From Takakia lepidozioides (Eukaryota > Plantae > Bryophyta), in NCBI GenBank assembly GCA_030704615.1, contig CM060731.1:8928001-8992000 (forward strand): DNA of 64,000 nt, written 5' to 3'. The notes beneath the pieces are model-generated. The model did not search any database. It worked only from the letters and a program-made list of their open reading frames with translations, and had not been told where the DNA came from. The translations under genes and the position numbers were made by a program. Shown here in pieces: positions 24,360-34,284 of this stretch (the stretch's first letter is position 1; each line of letters starts with the position of its first letter).

Positions 24360-24750
24360 CTGCCTCTTCAACCTTCAGCTTCTCTTCTTCTCTCATGAGA
24401 GGTTTGCAATCCAGTGGGTTCTCCTAAATATTTTGCAACTTCCCATTGTCATTTCCGCTGGGAACTGCACCATTCTCAGAGATCCATTTGTCTCGAATGC
24501 TTTCAAGTAGAGCTCGGCTGGACGGTTCTCATTCTGCACCTTCACATACCAGCATTGTAGCGGCTTGCGTGCAAAGCGTAGCCTCATACTCTGATAAGCC
24601 TGTCTTGAGACACCAACGTAATATAGAATCTTTTCCTCATAAAAAATGGCATACACACTTGCCTTTGAGTCAGGTTTGCTGCAATCTGCAATCGTACCCT
24701 CCTCAGTCAAGAATGCTACGAACTCGAGATCACTCAAAGATAAAGCGTTT
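24360..24750 (-). pseudogene. Captured GIY-YIG nuclease domain (cyanobacterial/plastid, GrxS16-N-terminus-like), frameshifted
   Basis: SVYAIF..ILYYVGVSR..SMRLRFARKP.QCWYVKVQ, then in another frame SRALLESIRDKWISENGAVPSGN..PLDCKPLM. Confidence 0.72.
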
Positions 24751-24867
24751 CCACCCACTTGTGCCTGTCGCCTTCGCAGTGCATCTTGCTTCCGCCTATA
24801 TTCTTCTTGTGCCTGGAATGTGAGCTGCCGTGTTTGTCTTGGTGTTCATCGGCTGCTGCCAGTTTTA

Positions 24868-25095
24868 TACTTCCATGTCCTCCATTATCCGAATTTTGTT
24901 GTCTGCTTTCCCATCCAGATCCATGTACTCCGCAGCTTTCATCTTCTCCTTGATTTGCCTTGTGTACTCCAAAGCCTCTGGTGACTTGGTAGCTTCAGCG
25001 ACTGCAACAACAGTGACGGCTCTAGCATCGTCATCCTCCAGGCGTTTCAGGGCACGCTGAATCTTGTGGTCACATTCAATGATATGCTTCTCAAA
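24868..25095 (-). pseudogene. LUC7: Captured fragment of LUC7 U1 snRNP protein
   Basis: IECDHKIQRALKRLEDDDARA..QIKEKMKAAEYMDLDGKADNKIR (translated by hand) closely resembles plant LUC7. Confidence 0.75.
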
Positions 25096-25171
25096 CTAAG
25101 CACTACTTACACACAAGTAATCTTGCAAGTGCTAACCCTCAACTCCTACCTTGCACTCACAGGTAAGAGAG

Positions 25172-25185
25172 TCATCTTTCTCGAG
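25172..25185 (-). promoter_or_regulatory. Self-priming primer-binding site of element D
   Basis: 14 nt directly after the 5' LTR segment; exact reverse complement of 25375-25388 inside the LTR; no TGG tRNA-type start. Confidence 0.8.
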
Positions 25186-25540
25186 TGATAAGAAAACTAG
25201 AAAACACACTGCTCACACCAGAAACAACATGAATCCATCGCTATCACTATTTAAAACAGAAGTCGAGCCAGGGGCACCCCAAGCTATGGGGACTCCACCC
25301 CACAACAACCTACACTCCCATCATAAGCACACTCAAATCTAAACGCATGAAGGAGCTCGGTCGCGCAGGCTCAACTCGAGAAAGATGAGCCGCGCGACTG
25401 CCGCTCTCGTGAAGATAAGACGGACCAGGTGTCAAACTAAACTTGACACCTGATTTAACACTTGACCTAAATCCAAGTGTTAAATACAAATAACTAGTTT
25501 TATTCTAGCTGTTTTCACACTGTGCTTATTTAACTTGACA
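25186..25540 (-). repeat. LTR segment B, 5' terminal copy
   Basis: Repeat of 13716-14070; followed by TSD GGGA. Confidence 0.95.
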
Positions 25541-25544
25541 GGGA

Positions 25545-27186
25545 ATCTAATTGAAGCGGGTCTGGAACAGGAGAAGATGCATGAAGCACATAAGCAACAG
25601 CTATACCAGTTGCAGGTGAAGCATGAGGGAAAATTGCAGGAAGTGAAGGTGCTCCATACGGAGTTGGAGGCAGTTTATTAGAAAATGACCATCCAATGTG
25701 TCACACTAACAACTGCTCTGGAGCAAACTGCATTAGAAGTTAACAGACAAGCAGAGAGATGTATGATGGTGGAGGCCGAGACAATAGAGCAAGAGAAACT
25801 CATTGCTGATTTGAAGGCTATTATCCGTCGCAATGAGGATACTTTCCAACAGTACAGTCAGGTTGAGGCTGAGAAGGAAAGGTACATCCTGCAGTTGCAG
25901 CAAACACTCACGGGCCACAAGAATGAACTCTCTGTGGCTAACAAGGCTTGGAAGGAAGCCAATAATTTGGCTGCTGCCTATACGGCCCTGGTTGAACCTC
26001 ATGCGAAGCGCATGGATGCGTTACAGCAGCAGTTAGATAAGTACAGACTCAAGGAGGAGCAGACTCTCAGGGGTGCTACACAGGACTTGGTGGATAATCA
26101 TCTTATGCAAGTATGGTTAACACAAGGGCCGGTGGAAGGGAAGGCACCAAGAAAGCTCACCCAGGGGGAGATGAATGATCTCAGGTTGCAGGTGCAGAAC
26201 ATTGCCACAACTACTATAGACAATGTCTATAGTAGGATAGCAGAGTTACAGGATGATGTGGAAGGGCTGCAGACTCAAGTGGATGACTTGAGTTCCAACA
26301 TTGATAAAAGAGTCTTTGTTCCTGAGGAGGAGCTGGTGCCTACTTATTTGCATGCCAAGACTCTGATTTTTTAGTCTTCTTCACAGGAGGTGCAGGAGTT
26401 GTCGGTAGTAGGAGGGACAGTGGCGGCAATATCACAGCCCCCACAGCAGGTGGCTATGCAGGTGGCTGACCCTGTTGATACCGTGGCAAAGCCACAGTCT
26501 GAGGTTTGGGGGGATGTTGTTTTTCACCCACCTAGGACTCCTGCTCCACTTGAGTACAATCGGGCTATGATTATGCCCTTCAACCAAATTCCCATTGTAA
26601 TGGATTTGGCTTGGAAGGAATTTAGTCCTCCACAGTCTCTGGCACATTATTACCAGATCATGCGTATTTGGTTGCCAGTGGCAACTAGGTTCTTCCGAAT
26701 AATCGACCCATTGAGGATCATCACTTTGTAAGGTATTGGTCTGAGGCAGGCACCATGCTGAAGGAATTAATTGCCTTCCAGGTTGTTCATGGGTACATCT
26801 ACACCAAGACCAAGGAGGTATCTAGTATTGTCATGGGCTGTGGATTATACTATGCTGCTTGTTTCATGGTACGTTATCACATTGAGCAGCAGAAGATGCA
26901 ATCACGATTTCTGAGTTATTCCAATGGGGATCATTGGGTCTTACCTTCAGTTCCACCCCATATGTATGTGTATGATGCGAAAGTCATGATGCAAAAGGAT
27001 TCCCAGCTTTGTTCATGGTTTAATTTGGCTTGGACCAACTTGACCAAGGAAAAATTGGGTCCTGACGATATTTTTTATAAGGGGCATGAAGCCTGGAAAT
27101 ACTTGCACTGTTCCAAAGACGTTGGCACACCTCTCACCTATTTGGCCAAGGAGTTCAGGGAGTTCACTCATTTTGCTTGCAAGTGA
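25545..27186 (+). pseudogene. Family A copy 2 additional ORF, part 2
   Basis: Aligns to ~6125-7760. Confidence 0.9.
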
Positions 27187-27591
27187 TTACAGCAAGTAGT
27201 ACAGTTTAAGCTACCCGACATGGTGGGCCAACACTGTATGCCACGCAGGATTCCTGAGGAGCCACTTAAAGTTCGGCCCCTCAAACATCTCAGGGGGGAA
27301 GATAATTCTGATACTACTGGTTCAGTGGAGGGCGATTTTGACATGGCGGAGGAGTATGAATTAGCAATGGCGGACAAAAGACGACGGGGATCTCCTATAC
27401 CACAACATTTACCTTTTTCTCAAACTAACACAGGGTTGGCAGTTCCAGCTAGTCGTCACTCATCTCCATCAGCCAGTGACAGGGCTCAAGCTCGCACACA
27501 GAGCCCTTCAAGAGACTCTCACCAGCAAAAGGGTGCTCGCTCACAAAGGTTTGCTGATCCTAAACAGTAAGCCGTGAGGACACGGTTTTTT

Positions 27592-27607
27592 GAGAGGGGG
27601 AGAGTAA
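27592..27607 (+). promoter_or_regulatory. Polypurine tract of family A copy 2
   Basis: GAGAGGGGGAGAGTAA before TGTTAG, preceded by a small hairpin as in family C (39775-39813). Confidence 0.75.
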
Positions 27608-27999
27608 TGTTAGAGGGCTGTCTGGGACTTAGACACTTTTATGGGCTCTGTGGGGTACCCTTAATTTTTGTGCAGACTTACGGATGGTAGACTTAGACCA
27701 ACAGGGGCCTTAGGGGTGACAGGCATAGGCTTTGGGGGTGGTAGACAGGCTTACACACTCAATCACAGTCTTACATAGTCGTACACAGCCTATCATAGTC
27801 TATCACACCCATACACAGCCTTACACAGTCTGTCGTAGTCAATCACAGCCTATCACAGTTAGTCACAGTCTATCACAACCCGACATAGCTTCGCACAGGT
27901 TCACACAGCCAGTCACAGCCGACATAGTCCGGCACAGCCAGTCACAGCTCGGCACAGTCACAGCTCGACACAGTTTGGCAATCAAAATTTCGTATTGGA

Positions 28000-28630
28000 C
28001 AATGGAATGCGGTGCCGCATTTCCGTCCAACAAGACGGAATGCCCACACGGGTCTGGAATTGGACAAACAACGATGTTTGTTTTGGAAATGCGGCGCCGC
28101 ATTTCCATGTTTGGCAATTGAAAGTTCTTATTGGACAATGGAATGTGGTGCCGCATTTCCGTCAAAGGGTCTGGAATTGGACAAACAACGATGTCCGTTT
28201 TGGAAATGCGGCGCCGCATTTCCATGTACGTCATCGAAATTTCTTATTGGACAATGGAATGCGGTGCCGCATTCCCGTCTAGCATCATGGAATGGGGAGC
28301 CGCATTTCCGTCGATGGGTTGCAGTTGGAAAAACGTCCATCTCCAAAATGTAAATGCGGCACCGCATTTCCATGTTCGACCTCCGCATGCGGGGTGACAT
28401 ATCCATTTACCTCCATGGAAGGAGCTGGCAATCGGCAAAACTGTCGTGTTGAAAACGGAAATGCGGCACCGCATTTCCGTTCGGCCGAACAGTTTCTGAT
28501 GTCCAAACCATGAAACGGAAAATTGTTCTTGCCCCGGTTTTGGAAATGCGGTGCCGCATTTCCAAAGGAGGTTTTTGCAGTTGCCACATTTCCGTTTCGA
28601 CATGGAAATGCGGTGCCGCATTTCCGATTT
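28000..28630. repeat. Array of ~10 palindromes GGAAATGCGGNNCCGCATTTCC
   Basis: Copies near 28005, 28085, 28140, 28202, 28256, 28290, 28352, 28458, 28542 and 28604; one more at ~29930. Confidence 0.9.
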
Positions 28631-28761
28631 TGGGAGGGACGTGGTTTGGACGATGTTGTCGTTGAGAAGCACATGGGAGAGGGGACATGAAGGACGGGGA
28701 GAATTTCCTTTATATACTCTGGAAGAGAATTTAAATGTATAGAGAGTTCATTAAAATTCTA

Positions 28762-30521
28762 TTAATCTTGAAAATCATCACTATCATCGTCCTGTCCTTG
28801 ACTGTCTTGCTCCGCCTCCACCCCGTCATTGCCTTTCTCATCTCCAGCGGACTGCTCGTTGGCCAGGCTTTCAAAAATCCCATCTTCCCCTTGCGGAACC
28901 AACCATCTCACCTCCGTTGGGTCGTCGTCCTCCCTGTCTGCATCGCTCTCAAGCTGAATCACATATGAACTTTCGCACCCGTCTACCTGTCTCAGCTGTT
29001 GCCAACTCTTTCCTTATCCTTCTGTCCTCCCTAGCCCTCTCCAAAATCTGCTCTACTTTACTGGGATTCTCACATCGTCTAATCGCTGTATTTGCGAGTT
29101 TAGCTGCATAACTAGGAAGGGAGTAGTTCTTCACCGGGCTCGTCATGAAGTCGGCCCTCGCAAAGAACGGGACATTCTTCCTGGCAGGAAGTGTAGGCCC
29201 TACATGTTTCGACCCAGATCCTGGAATCCTGCACAAAACAATCACCAACGAGACCAATGAGAACCACAGTCCGGAAATGCGTTTGACAAAAAATCACCCA
29301 GAAGGCTTTGCAAACTTACAATGTTTGCACTCACTCGTATTCTGGGTTCTCCTCGGCATCAATGTCCACTGTCTCTTCCTCCGACTCCGACGAATCCGAG
29401 GAGTCTTTGGCCTCGATGGGAGCCTTCACATTCCATTGCAGCCCTTCCAGATGGGATCCCCAGACGGACGTGTCCTCCTCGTAGGCAAAGAGGTGCCGGT
29501 CGGAAAACCGCCCAGCCCACATTGAGGCACCTGTTACAATGCCATCCACACATTATGACATGGCCCTTCAGATGTTGCGAATTAAAGCATAATGAGAATT
29601 TGCAGAACAACATACAACAAGATTCTGCATACCTGTCCCACAGATGAGGTCGAGCACTATGCCCTCCACGTCAGTGCATGTCTCTATAATTGTCTGAATG
29701 AAGGCAGGGCTCCGAGTCCGTGAATACCGCAGGGGTTCAGTTGAAGTGAGGCTATGAGGGAGAAGTTCCGTGGGAACGTTGTTGAACAGGACGTCGTAAT
29801 CGATGGGGTCGCAGTTCGGGTCAACCAACAATCCCTCATTCCGGAAAGCAAAGGTGGAGTTCTCCTTCACAAAGCAGTATGCATCGAACTACTTCGTCTG
29901 CATACACAGTGGGGAACGATTAGAAATCGAATGCGGCACCGCATTTCAAAACTCCTAAGAAAATGAAAAGACGAGTGCCAATGTCGTAATTACCTTCTTC
30001 CCTTCCGACCGAAGGCCCAATGTGTTGATGCACGTCCACTTCTTCTTCAGAATTGGGACGGCGCTCTTGCGGGTCCACTTCGCAATTCCTGTCTGCGTGT
30101 TTTTGCCTCTGCTCGCCAGGACAACCACACAACCTCTGTCTTCCAACACCAAGCCGGCGAGCCCGAATCTTTTCTTCCAAAAATCCTCAGAGTACCTGTT
30201 CCAAGATGGCAAAGCTTGCAGTCCTTCCACAGGCTCTCCGTCCGGAATATCCAAGATGATCATATCGCAAGACCACTCGGTGGCATTTCCACCCCTCCTG
30301 CAATCCTTGTCTGCACACACCCTCTCAAAGAACGAGACCATCTTCAGAAACCCAGGGGTGTCGGAAGGCTCTTTGGCAGCCGCCTTCTTCAGTGCTCTGC
30401 CCTTCAGACCCTCCATGGTCTTCATGTATGCCAACTTGGCTGCCCGTCCATCCAAAGCCGCCAAGAAACTCTCATTTACACACTCGACTACTGTATCGGG
30501 ATCCACTTTCGGCCTCTTCAT
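28762..30521 (-). pseudogene. 4-exon beta-class N4C/N6A DNA-methyltransferase-like gene with one in-frame TAG and a 3' frameshift
   Basis: DMIILDIPDG (motif IV-like) precedes RSPAFIQTIIETCTDVEGIVLDLICGTG/ASMWAGRFSDRHLFAYEED (X-I-II); phase-consistent GT-AG introns at 29898-29993, 29531-29632 and ~29230-29334. Confidence 0.7.
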
Positions 30522-30589
30522 TTCCACCGGCTCGAAAGGGTGCCCCCCCGGGGGGTTGAAGAGTGCCTTCTTTGCCGAGCATGTTCTTA

Positions 30590-30960
30590 TCGAACGAATT
30601 TCGATTGATCTCATATTACATTGGGACCTATCAGAGGGTACATTGAACACACTCGCCAAGTCTCAAAATGAACGAAAATCATTTGGATGGGCAACCATCC
30701 GTCGGCCCATTGAACGAATTTCGATTGATCTCATATTACTTTGGGGCCTCTTCCATGGCACATTGAACATACTGGCCAAGTCTCAAAGCAAACCAAAATC
30801 ATCTCAATGGCCAACCATCCGTTGAGCCATCAAATGAATTTCGATTGATTTGATATTAGTCCGGGACCTGTGAGAGGGCGTCTCGAACGTACTGGCAAAG
30901 TTTGGAAGCAAACAAAAATGATTTGGATGGGCAACCATGCGTTCACCCGTTGAATGTATT
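30590..30960. repeat. 3 x 120-bp degenerate tandem repeat
   Basis: gaatttcgattgat recurs at ~30596, 30716 and 30836. Confidence 0.85.
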
Positions 30961-31421
30961 CCGCTGGATCTGCTATTGCTTTGGGATCTGTTGGACTGTG
31001 TCAAATGTCGTTCCCTCACAGTCGTTCCTTATCAATGATAACTGTTCCCCGTGTACTGCAACAGACTGTGTCAAGCTGTGCCGAGCTGTGACTGGCTGTG
31101 TAAAGCTGTGGCGGGCTGTGACTGGTTGTGCGAAGCTGTGGCGGGCTGTGTAAAGCTGTGTCGGGCTGTGACTGGCTGTGCGAAGCTGTGGCGGGCTGTG
31201 TAAAGCTGTGTCGGGCTGTGACTGGCTGTGTGAAGCTGTGGCGGGCTGTGTAAAGCTGTGTCGGGCTGTGACTGGCTGTGCGAAGCTGTGTCGGGCTGTG
31301 TAACCCCCCTAAAGCCTGCTGCTGCCACCCCTAAGACTCCTGTTGGTCTCAGTCTGCGCAAAAATTAAGGGTACCCCACAGAACCCATAAAAGCGTCTAA
31401 GTCCCAAGCAGCCCTCTAACA

Positions 31422-34284
31422 TGGGGGTACACCAAGTCCAAATCCGACGGGGAGGAGCGGACGAACCAAGACGATACAACATGGGTAATCATTATCAGAG
31501 CCCACAAAATGAATATCCACCAAGGGATAGGGAACATCAACCCAGAAACAAAGAAAGCACGAGATGCCACTATTGCAAGAAAGAGGGACACTGGAAACAT
31601 GAATGCCAGTTGCGAATCAAACATGAGGCAGAAGGCAGAAGTGGGAAATATGGAAGCCGGACCAAGTGTAGCCGTAAGTATGGTAACCCCTGTAGTGGAT
31701 ACTCTTGCGGTAACCCGAACTCAGGCCAAGAAACAGAAACCTCCGGATAAGGAGATCGAAGAAGAACGGAAACAATATCCAGAAAGTGCAGCATGGCAGG
31801 AGGAAAAGAGCTTACACCAGGAAGTAAGTAAAACCATAGCTCAAATGCAAGAAGGAACCCATATACCTTTTGGAGAGCCAACTCCAGATAAGCAAATCAG
31901 ACCAACGGTGAAGACCATGAATACAACCACGGAAACAGAATTGGCCAAAGTAATCTGCCAGGCCAAGACCCAAATTACCATTGGACAATTATTAAAAATT
32001 GCTCCACACTGCAAGAAAACTTTATTTCGGGCAATCGAGGCATTGACCCCCACACCAAAACAAAAACCAACACCAGAGGTTTACACGATTGAACCCACAA
32101 CTATATGACAAACTCGAGATTACAACGAAGCAGTACCCGTAATACAAGTACGTATTGGCCGGAAGATGGTAACGAATGTACTCATCGATGGAGGATCAGG
32201 AGTGAATATCATGACAGAAAAGATGAAGAAGTCATTAGGATTGGGGCATATGGAAAATGCTCCATTCACGGTACGAATGGCTGATCAACGAAAAGTGCAA
32301 ACCATTGGGAATCATCAGATGACTTGCAATGGAAGTAGCAGGACTGGTATACGAAATATCAGTAACCATTCTCAGAATGCATGATGTGGCAGAGGGATAT
32401 TCACTACTACTTGGCCGACCATGGTTAACACAAGCCCAATCACACCACGATTGGGGAAATCAGACTCTCATAATAAAAAAGGGAGCAGAACAAGTCACCA
32501 TCACGACGAAGCAACGAGGTACCATTCCACGAGAGAAACGACCTTGCATTGTGGAAGAATATGATTGGTCCAATGGATTGTCCGATGAAGAAGAAGCCAC
32601 AGTATATGCAGCACATCCACAGTTGGAACCTATTGGACAACTGGTGGTCAAGCATACCACAACAGTAGGATGTCACATGGTGAACACCCAAGGAGAACCA
32701 AATACTTCGAGAAATGAAGATCCAGAGGAAGAAGCGATGGACACACCTCAACACCCGGCCCGGTTCTATCAAGAAAGGGAAGAAGACATTCAAATCAGTG
32801 AAGTTCTGCCACAATTGCAACCATCGGACATGATGGATAGTAACGGAAGAAACTCAATTGATTCAAGTGAATCTGGGAACAATGGAAGAACCACAGATAA
32901 TACGAGTAAGTGCAGGTCTCGAAGAATCATTTCTACAAGAAGCTACTGCATTATTCACTGAATACAAGGATGGAACTACAAGGATTTGAAGGGGATACCT
33001 TCTAACATTTGTCAGCACCGAATTGAATTGGAAGTTGACACAAAACCAATTCGTCAGAACCGTTACAGAATGAATCCCAACTATGCAGCTAAAGTTTGGG
33101 AAGAAATCAAGAAGTTACTGGATGCAGGATTCATATACCCAGTAGAGACACCACAATGGTTATCGCCCATTGTGATAGTACCCAAGAAAAATGGAAAACT
33201 ACGAGTGTGTGTGGACTACCGCAAGTTAAATGCAGGAACCAAGAAAGATCATTTTCCACTACCTTTCACTGAAATAGTGTTAGACACAGTGGCTCCACAT
33301 GAGATGTACTCATTCATGGATGGGTTTAGTGGGTACAACCAGGTACAGATGGCAGAAGAAGACCAAGAAAAGACCGCATTCATCACTGAATGGGGAGCAT
33401 ATGCTTACAAAGTCATGCCATTTGGACTTTGCAATGCACCAGCCACATTTCAACGAGCAGTATCTGAGATATTCAAGAACTATCTCAATGATTTTATGCA
33501 GGTATTTTTGGATGATTTCAGTGTCTTTGGACAGAAATCCAAACATTTGGCACAGTTAAAACTTTGCCTACAAGCCTGCAGAAACAATGGAGTAAGTCTC
33601 AACCCGGGAAAATGTACATTCTGTGTGAATTCAAGATTATTATTGGGACACATTGTGTGCCAACAGGGAATTCTGGTAGATCCAAAGAAAGTGGAGGTTA
33701 TCCAGAAAATACCACCACCAGAAAATCCCAAGAAACTCAAGATATTTCTGGGACAGACGAGCTATTACAGAAGGTACATGGACAAATATGCACACAGAGC
33801 GGCACCAGTCTATAGACTACTGAAGCAAGATACCAAATATCGATGGTCTCCAGCTTGCCAAGAATCATTTGATTCACTAAAAAGGGCACTCACAGCAGCA
33901 CCAATTCTGATAAATCCAAGATGGGATTTACCATTTCATGTACACAGTGATGCATTAGGCATTGCTTTGGGAGCGGTTCTAGCTCAGAATGTGACAGGCA
34001 CAATAGATTCACCAATCTATCATGCAAGTAGATTGTTGATAGCAGCAGAAAAGAACTATAGCACCACAGAAAGGGAAGCATTGGCAATGATTTATGCTGT
34101 TCAAAAATTTCGACATTATTTACTTGGCAATCGCTTTAAGTCATTGTTGATCATCAGGCTCTAGTTCATCTAGCAGATCGACCACTAGCTAGTGGCAGGG
34201 TTGTTCGATGGTTATTACTTCTTCATGAGTATGACTTTGAAGTTGTTCATAAACCAGGGAGATTACATGTTACAACAGATCATG
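31422..34284 (+). pseudogene. pol: Family C gag end, protease, RT and RNase H (frameshifted)
   Basis: CHYCKKEGHWKHEC; LIDGGSGVN; LRVCVDYRKLN; FLDDF; YSTTEREALA. Confidence 0.92.

Larger units (their letters stand above)
13630..25540 (-). mobile_element. Element D: Ty3/Gypsy retrotransposon with DNMT and PHD domains and split LTRs
   Basis: TG..CA ends; GGGA duplicated at 13626-13629 and 25541-25544; removing the insert restores host frame AKGNLIEA; gag-PR-DNMT-RT-RH-IN-PHD on the minus strand. Confidence 0.93.
27608..31421 (+). mobile_element. 3.8-kb module in 3'-LTR position of family A: TG..CA ends, ~360-bp inverted arms, cargo gene
   Basis: TGTTAGAGGGCTG at 27608 is the inverted copy of ..CAGCCCTCTAACA at 31421; arms ~27608-27977 and ~31063-31421 carry CACAGC repeats. 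Confidence 0.65.

Noticed and set aside
24360-24750. Penelope-type or functional element endonuclease
   Set aside because: Frameshifted, resembles the plastid/cyanobacterial GIY-YIG family, and is embedded among other host fragments.
13630-25540. DIRS/Ngaro tyrosine-recombinase element
   Set aside because: The repeat layout fits, but pol has a protease and DDE integrase, there is a TSD, and no recombinase ORF was seen.
28000-28630. CRISPR array
   Set aside because: Eukaryotic transposon context, no cas genes, irregular spacing, and the intervening sequences are partly repeats of each other.
30022-30825. 267-aa plus-strand ORF (and similar antisense ORFs such as 4941-5597 and 12216-13037)
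   Set aside because: Shadow ORFs opposite recognisable coding sequence, with no motifs.
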